From Selaginella moellendorffii (taxonomy: Eukaryota; Plantae; Lycopodiophyta): a stretch of 64,000 bases of DNA. Made by a program: the position numbers and the translations under genes. Below are positions 59,727 to 64,000 of the stretch, piece after piece; within the stretch, counting starts at the first letter, position 1, and every line of letters begins with the position of its first letter. The stretch lies in the NCBI RefSeq assembly GCF_000143415.4, contig NW_003314278.1:202371-266370 (forward strand), in the 5' to 3' direction. Under the pieces are notes generated by a model. It did no database searches, was not told the DNA's origin, and saw nothing but the letters and a program-made list of their open reading frames with translations.

Positions 59727-62141
59727 ATGCTTCGTTCTCCTCCCAGCTCCGTCGAGGAGCTCGCGGAATCCATCCGGCAATGCGGGCGTTCCAGGGATCT
59801 CGCGCAGGCGCGCCGCCTCCACGCCATAATCGCCGCCAGCGAGCGCCACCGATCCAACATCTACCTTGCCAATCTCCTCCTCCAGGCCTACGGCAAGTGC
59901 AAGGCAGCCGTCGCCGCGCGCGCCCTCTTCGATTCCATCGAGACCCCCAATTCCTTTACCTGGAATTCGATGATCCAAGCTTATGCCGAGAACGGGCATC
60001 TTGCCGATGCCAAGGAACTCTTCGATCGCGTCCCCGTCCCGGACGCCGTCACGTATGGAACCATAATCAAAGCTTACGCGCAAGATGGCCATCTCGCGGA
60101 AGCTCAAGAACTCTTCAAGAGCATGCCACAACCCGATGTCATGTCCCACAACATGATGATCACGCTGCTTGCCCAGAAGGGTCATTTGCGAGCCTCTCGA
60201 GATTTGTTCGACAAGATGCCCGAAAAGAGCGTCGTGTCGTGGAACGCGCTGGTGGCGGCTTACGCAAACGCCGGAGAAACCGACGAGGCTGTGAGAATGT
60301 TCGAGAGAATTCCGAGGCCGAATCGCATTTCGTGGAACACTGTTCTTCAGGCATATGCCCAGAGTGGGCATCTGAAGGAGGCAAAGTCGGTGTTTGATCG
60401 GATGCCCGAGAGGGATATCATCTCCTGGACGACGATCCTGATGTGCTACGCAGAGAACGGCCACCCCAACGAGGCCGAGATGATGTTTCGAAAGATGCCC
60501 GAGCACAGCGTCGTGGTGTGGAATGGGATGATCACGGCCTACGCTCTAAACGGGCAGATGAGCGAGGCCAAGAGCCTCTTTGATTCGGTGCCCAGCCGTG
60601 ATGTTGTATCATGGAACACGCTCATGGCCGGTTTCGCCGATCTCGGCCATGCCGATCGAGCGAAGAAGGCCTTCGACGCGATGCCGCAGAGGAATGTGGT
60701 GTCCTGGACGACGATGATCGTGGTTTCTGGCGACACCGGCGATCTCACGGCTGCCAAGAGCGTCTTTAACTCAATGCCGGAGTGGAACGTCGTCTCTTGG
60801 AACGCGCTGCTCCAGGGCTATGCCCAAAACTCCACCATCGCTGGAACGAAGAAGCTCTTTGATACCATGCCCGGGAAGGACGTGATTTCGTACACCGCGA
60901 TTGTGGGAGCTTACTCCCAGGCCGGGGATTTGGATGCCGCCAAGGCGGCGTTTGACAAGATGCCCGAGCACAGCATGGTCTCGTGGAACGCGATGATGGG
61001 CGCGTATGCCCAGAACGGGCATATGGAGAGCGCCAAAAGAATGTTTGAGCTCATGCCACAGCGGGACCTCGTCTCGTGGACCGCGCTGACCGCCGCGTAT
61101 TGTCAACGTGGGGAGTTGACCGCCGCCAAGGGGCTGTACGACAAGATGCCGGAGCAGAATGTCGTGTCGCGCGCGACAATGCTGTCGGCGTATGGGGAAT
61201 CGGGGGACATGGAGACCGCGAAAGCGGTGTTTGACGGCATGCCGGAGAGGGATCTTGTCGCCTGGAATGCGATGATGTCGGCTTATGCCCAAAATGGGCA
61301 TCTGGAGTCCGCGCAGAGTGTGTTTCAGGAGATGCCCGACAGGGATGTTGTGTCGTGGAACACAATGGTGAGCATGTATGCCGACAAGGGGTTGCAAGCG
61401 GACGCGAAGCAGACGTTTGACTGTATCCCGCAGCCGAATGTTGTGTCGTGGAATACGATGCTGGTCGCATATGCCCAGGCCGGGCATATGCATGACGCGC
61501 TGGCGGCGTTTAACGCGATGCCTGTTCATGACTCCGTGTCCTGGACGGTGATGCTTGCGGGGCTTGCGCAAAACGGGCGGATCGAGCAGGCCAAGTCGAT
61601 GTTTCTCTCGATGCCGGAGCAGGACACTGTGGCGTGGAATGCGATGATCACGGTGCTCGCGCACAACGGGCATGGAGATTACGCGCTGGAGCTCTTCGAC
61701 GCGATGAAACTCTGGGGGATCAAGGCGAGCGAGATCACCTTCTTGAGTGTTCTAGTGGCTTGCAGCCATGTCGGACTGGTGGAAGTCGGCGTGGGGCATT
61801 TCGTGTCAATGGTGTTTGACTTTGGGCTGGGTGCGTGGAGGGAGCACTACTCGTGCATGGTGGATGTCTATGGTCGATCCGGGAAGCTGGAGCTGGCGGA
61901 GGATTTGCTGGGAGCTATGCCGTTTATGCCGGATGAGATCGCATGGGGATCGCTGCTGGGAGCTTGCAAGGTTCACAACGATGTGGAGAGAGGGAAGCGT
62001 GTGTTCCAGCAGGCCTTGGAGATGGACCCCGAGAACTCGGCCACGTACATGACGGTCGCTAGTATCTTTCGTGAAAGATCCTCTCCGGTTGGAAGAATAT
62101 TCCAAGCGCCAAAGAGAATAAAAGGGGGAAAGATGCTCTAA
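59727..62141 (+). CDS. PLS-class PPR protein with a long run of 31-aa S/SS motifs and an E domain, no DYW
   Basis: 804 aa; repeated FD.MPE..VVSWN.M..AYAQNGH; WGSLLGACKVH. Confidence 0.94.
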   Translation: MLRSPPSSVEELAESIRQCGRSRDLAQARRLHAIIAASERHRSNIYLANLLLQAYGKCKAAVAARALFDSIETPNSFTWNSMIQAYAENGHLADAKELFDRVPVPDAVTYGTIIKAYAQDGHLAEAQELFKSMPQPDVMSHNMMITLLAQKGHLRASRDLFDKMPEKSVVSWNALVAAYANAGETDEAVRMFERIPRPNRISWNTVLQAYAQSGHLKEAKSVFDRMPERDIISWTTILMCYAENGHPNEAEMMFRKMPEHSVVVWNGMITAYALNGQMSEAKSLFDSVPSRDVVSWNTLMAGFADLGHADRAKKAFDAMPQRNVVSWTTMIVVSGDTGDLTAAKSVFNSMPEWNVVSWNALLQGYAQNSTIAGTKKLFDTMPGKDVISYTAIVGAYSQAGDLDAAKAAFDKMPEHSMVSWNAMMGAYAQNGHMESAKRMFELMPQRDLVSWTALTAAYCQRGELTAAKGLYDKMPEQNVVSRATMLSAYGESGDMETAKAVFDGMPERDLVAWNAMMSAYAQNGHLESAQSVFQEMPDRDVVSWNTMVSMYADKGLQADAKQTFDCIPQPNVVSWNTMLVAYAQAGHMHDALAAFNAMPVHDSVSWTVMLAGLAQNGRIEQAKSMFLSMPEQDTVAWNAMITVLAHNGHGDYALELFDAMKLWGIKASEITFLSVLVACSHVGLVEVGVGHFVSMVFDFGLGAWREHYSCMVDVYGRSGKLELAEDLLGAMPFMPDEIAWGSLLGACKVHNDVERGKRVFQQALEMDPENSATYMTVASIFRERSSPVGRIFQAPKRIKGGKML

Positions 62142-62219
62142 ATTTGAATATTCTTTAAAATATACTCTGAATATGCTCGTTTTAAAATCCTGAGCTCAGG
62201 GTTTAAGAATTAGGGTTCT

Positions 62220-63359
<1,140 letters not shown>

Positions 63360-63381
63360 GGAGTGAAAATATAGAGGGGCA

Positions 63382-63572
63382 TACACGTCCAAAAGGTGGC
63401 GGATTTTCCCAGGTCAAACAGTAGCATAAGCTTTGTTAATACTATAAATACTTTTTTTAACAGGTGGACTTTCACATTAACAGTGTAAATATCGTAGCCA
63501 TGCAGGCAATCGTTACACGTCCAAAAGGTGGCAACTCGCAAGCCCTGGCAGTCAATCCAGGTCAAACAATAG
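63382..63572 (+). repeat. Short imperfect direct repeat in convergent 3' UTRs
   Basis: tacacgtccaaaaggtggc...ccaggtcaaaca occurs at ~63382 and ~63514. Confidence 0.75.
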
Positions 63573-63622
63573 TCAAAAAGTGTCAAAGAGCTGGATCTCG
63601 TAGAAGAAGAATCGTGGATGAG

Positions 63623-64000
63623 CTATGAACAGCGATGGTGTTGCTGTTGGTGCTGGTGCTTGCTCGACAGCTCCAGCAGCGCGTTGGCCTTCCTCCTGGC
63701 TCTCGCAGTCCCATTCTGTGCGAGCTCCGCCAGCGCCTCCGCCGCTCCCAGCTCCAGCGCCGCCACCAGATGGCTCGAATCGTTGACACCCAAGGCATAG
63801 AGCAGCGCCGCCGCGTTCTCTCTGTTCCTGGGCGACCCCGTCTTGATCAGCTCCACCAGCACCGGCACCGCCCCGGACTGCCCGATCGCCAGCCGCCCCT
63901 CCGGGTGCGTCGCCAGTATCGCGAGGATGGTGAGCGACTCGTCCACCATCGCCATGCTTTGGTTGACGAGCAAGTCCATGAGGTGGGGGACGACGCCGGA
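63623..64000 (-). CDS. Plant U-box/ARM-repeat protein, C-terminal part
   Basis: MVDESLTILAILATHPEGRLAIG..GSPRNRENAAALL..GTARARRKA, typical PUB ARM terminus. Confidence 0.88.
   Translation of the reverse strand, partial: SGVVPHLMDLLVNQSMAMVDESLTILAILATHPEGRLAIGQSGAVPVLVELIKTGSPRNRENAAALLYALGVNDSSHLVAALELGAAEALAELAQNGTARARRKANALLELSSKHQHQQQHHRCS

Noticed and set aside
59727-62141. Regular ~93-bp periodicity resembling a CRISPR or tandem array
   Set aside because: Explained by 31-aa PPR motifs within a continuous ORF; no invariant repeat-spacer structure and no cas genes

Overview
Eukaryotic, very gene-dense plant nuclear DNA with mostly ~50-60 bp spliceosomal introns and very short intergenic spacers. 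The S/SS-rich PLS-PPR arrays, an intron-containing HslU and MiAMP1-like peptides point to a lycophyte, most likely Selaginella (inference). Housekeeping genes: PARG, UAP1, HslU, NUP133, VPS35, kinesin-14, FtsZ2, RPL7a, cyclin B, RabB, PANC and a PUB/ARM gene. Also present are six PPR genes (one with an intact DYW domain), a GDSL lipase, a cap methyltransferase, a PRP4-like kinase, two MiAMP1-like peptides, an F-box gene and a Uma2-like orphan. The main structure that the gene list does not explain is that most 'intergenic' DNA between ~4 and 47 kb consists of abridged copies of neighbouring genes. These come from four local segmental duplications of several kb each, two tandem and two partly inverted. 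The redundant copies were eroded by many small deletions, often at microhomologies, with reciprocal gene loss and inserted fragments of foreign genes (an RLK and a class III peroxidase). There is also a ~740 bp foldback element whose arms, in the stretch aligned by eye, differ only by transitions. All alignments were done by eye and coordinates of degenerate features are approximate.
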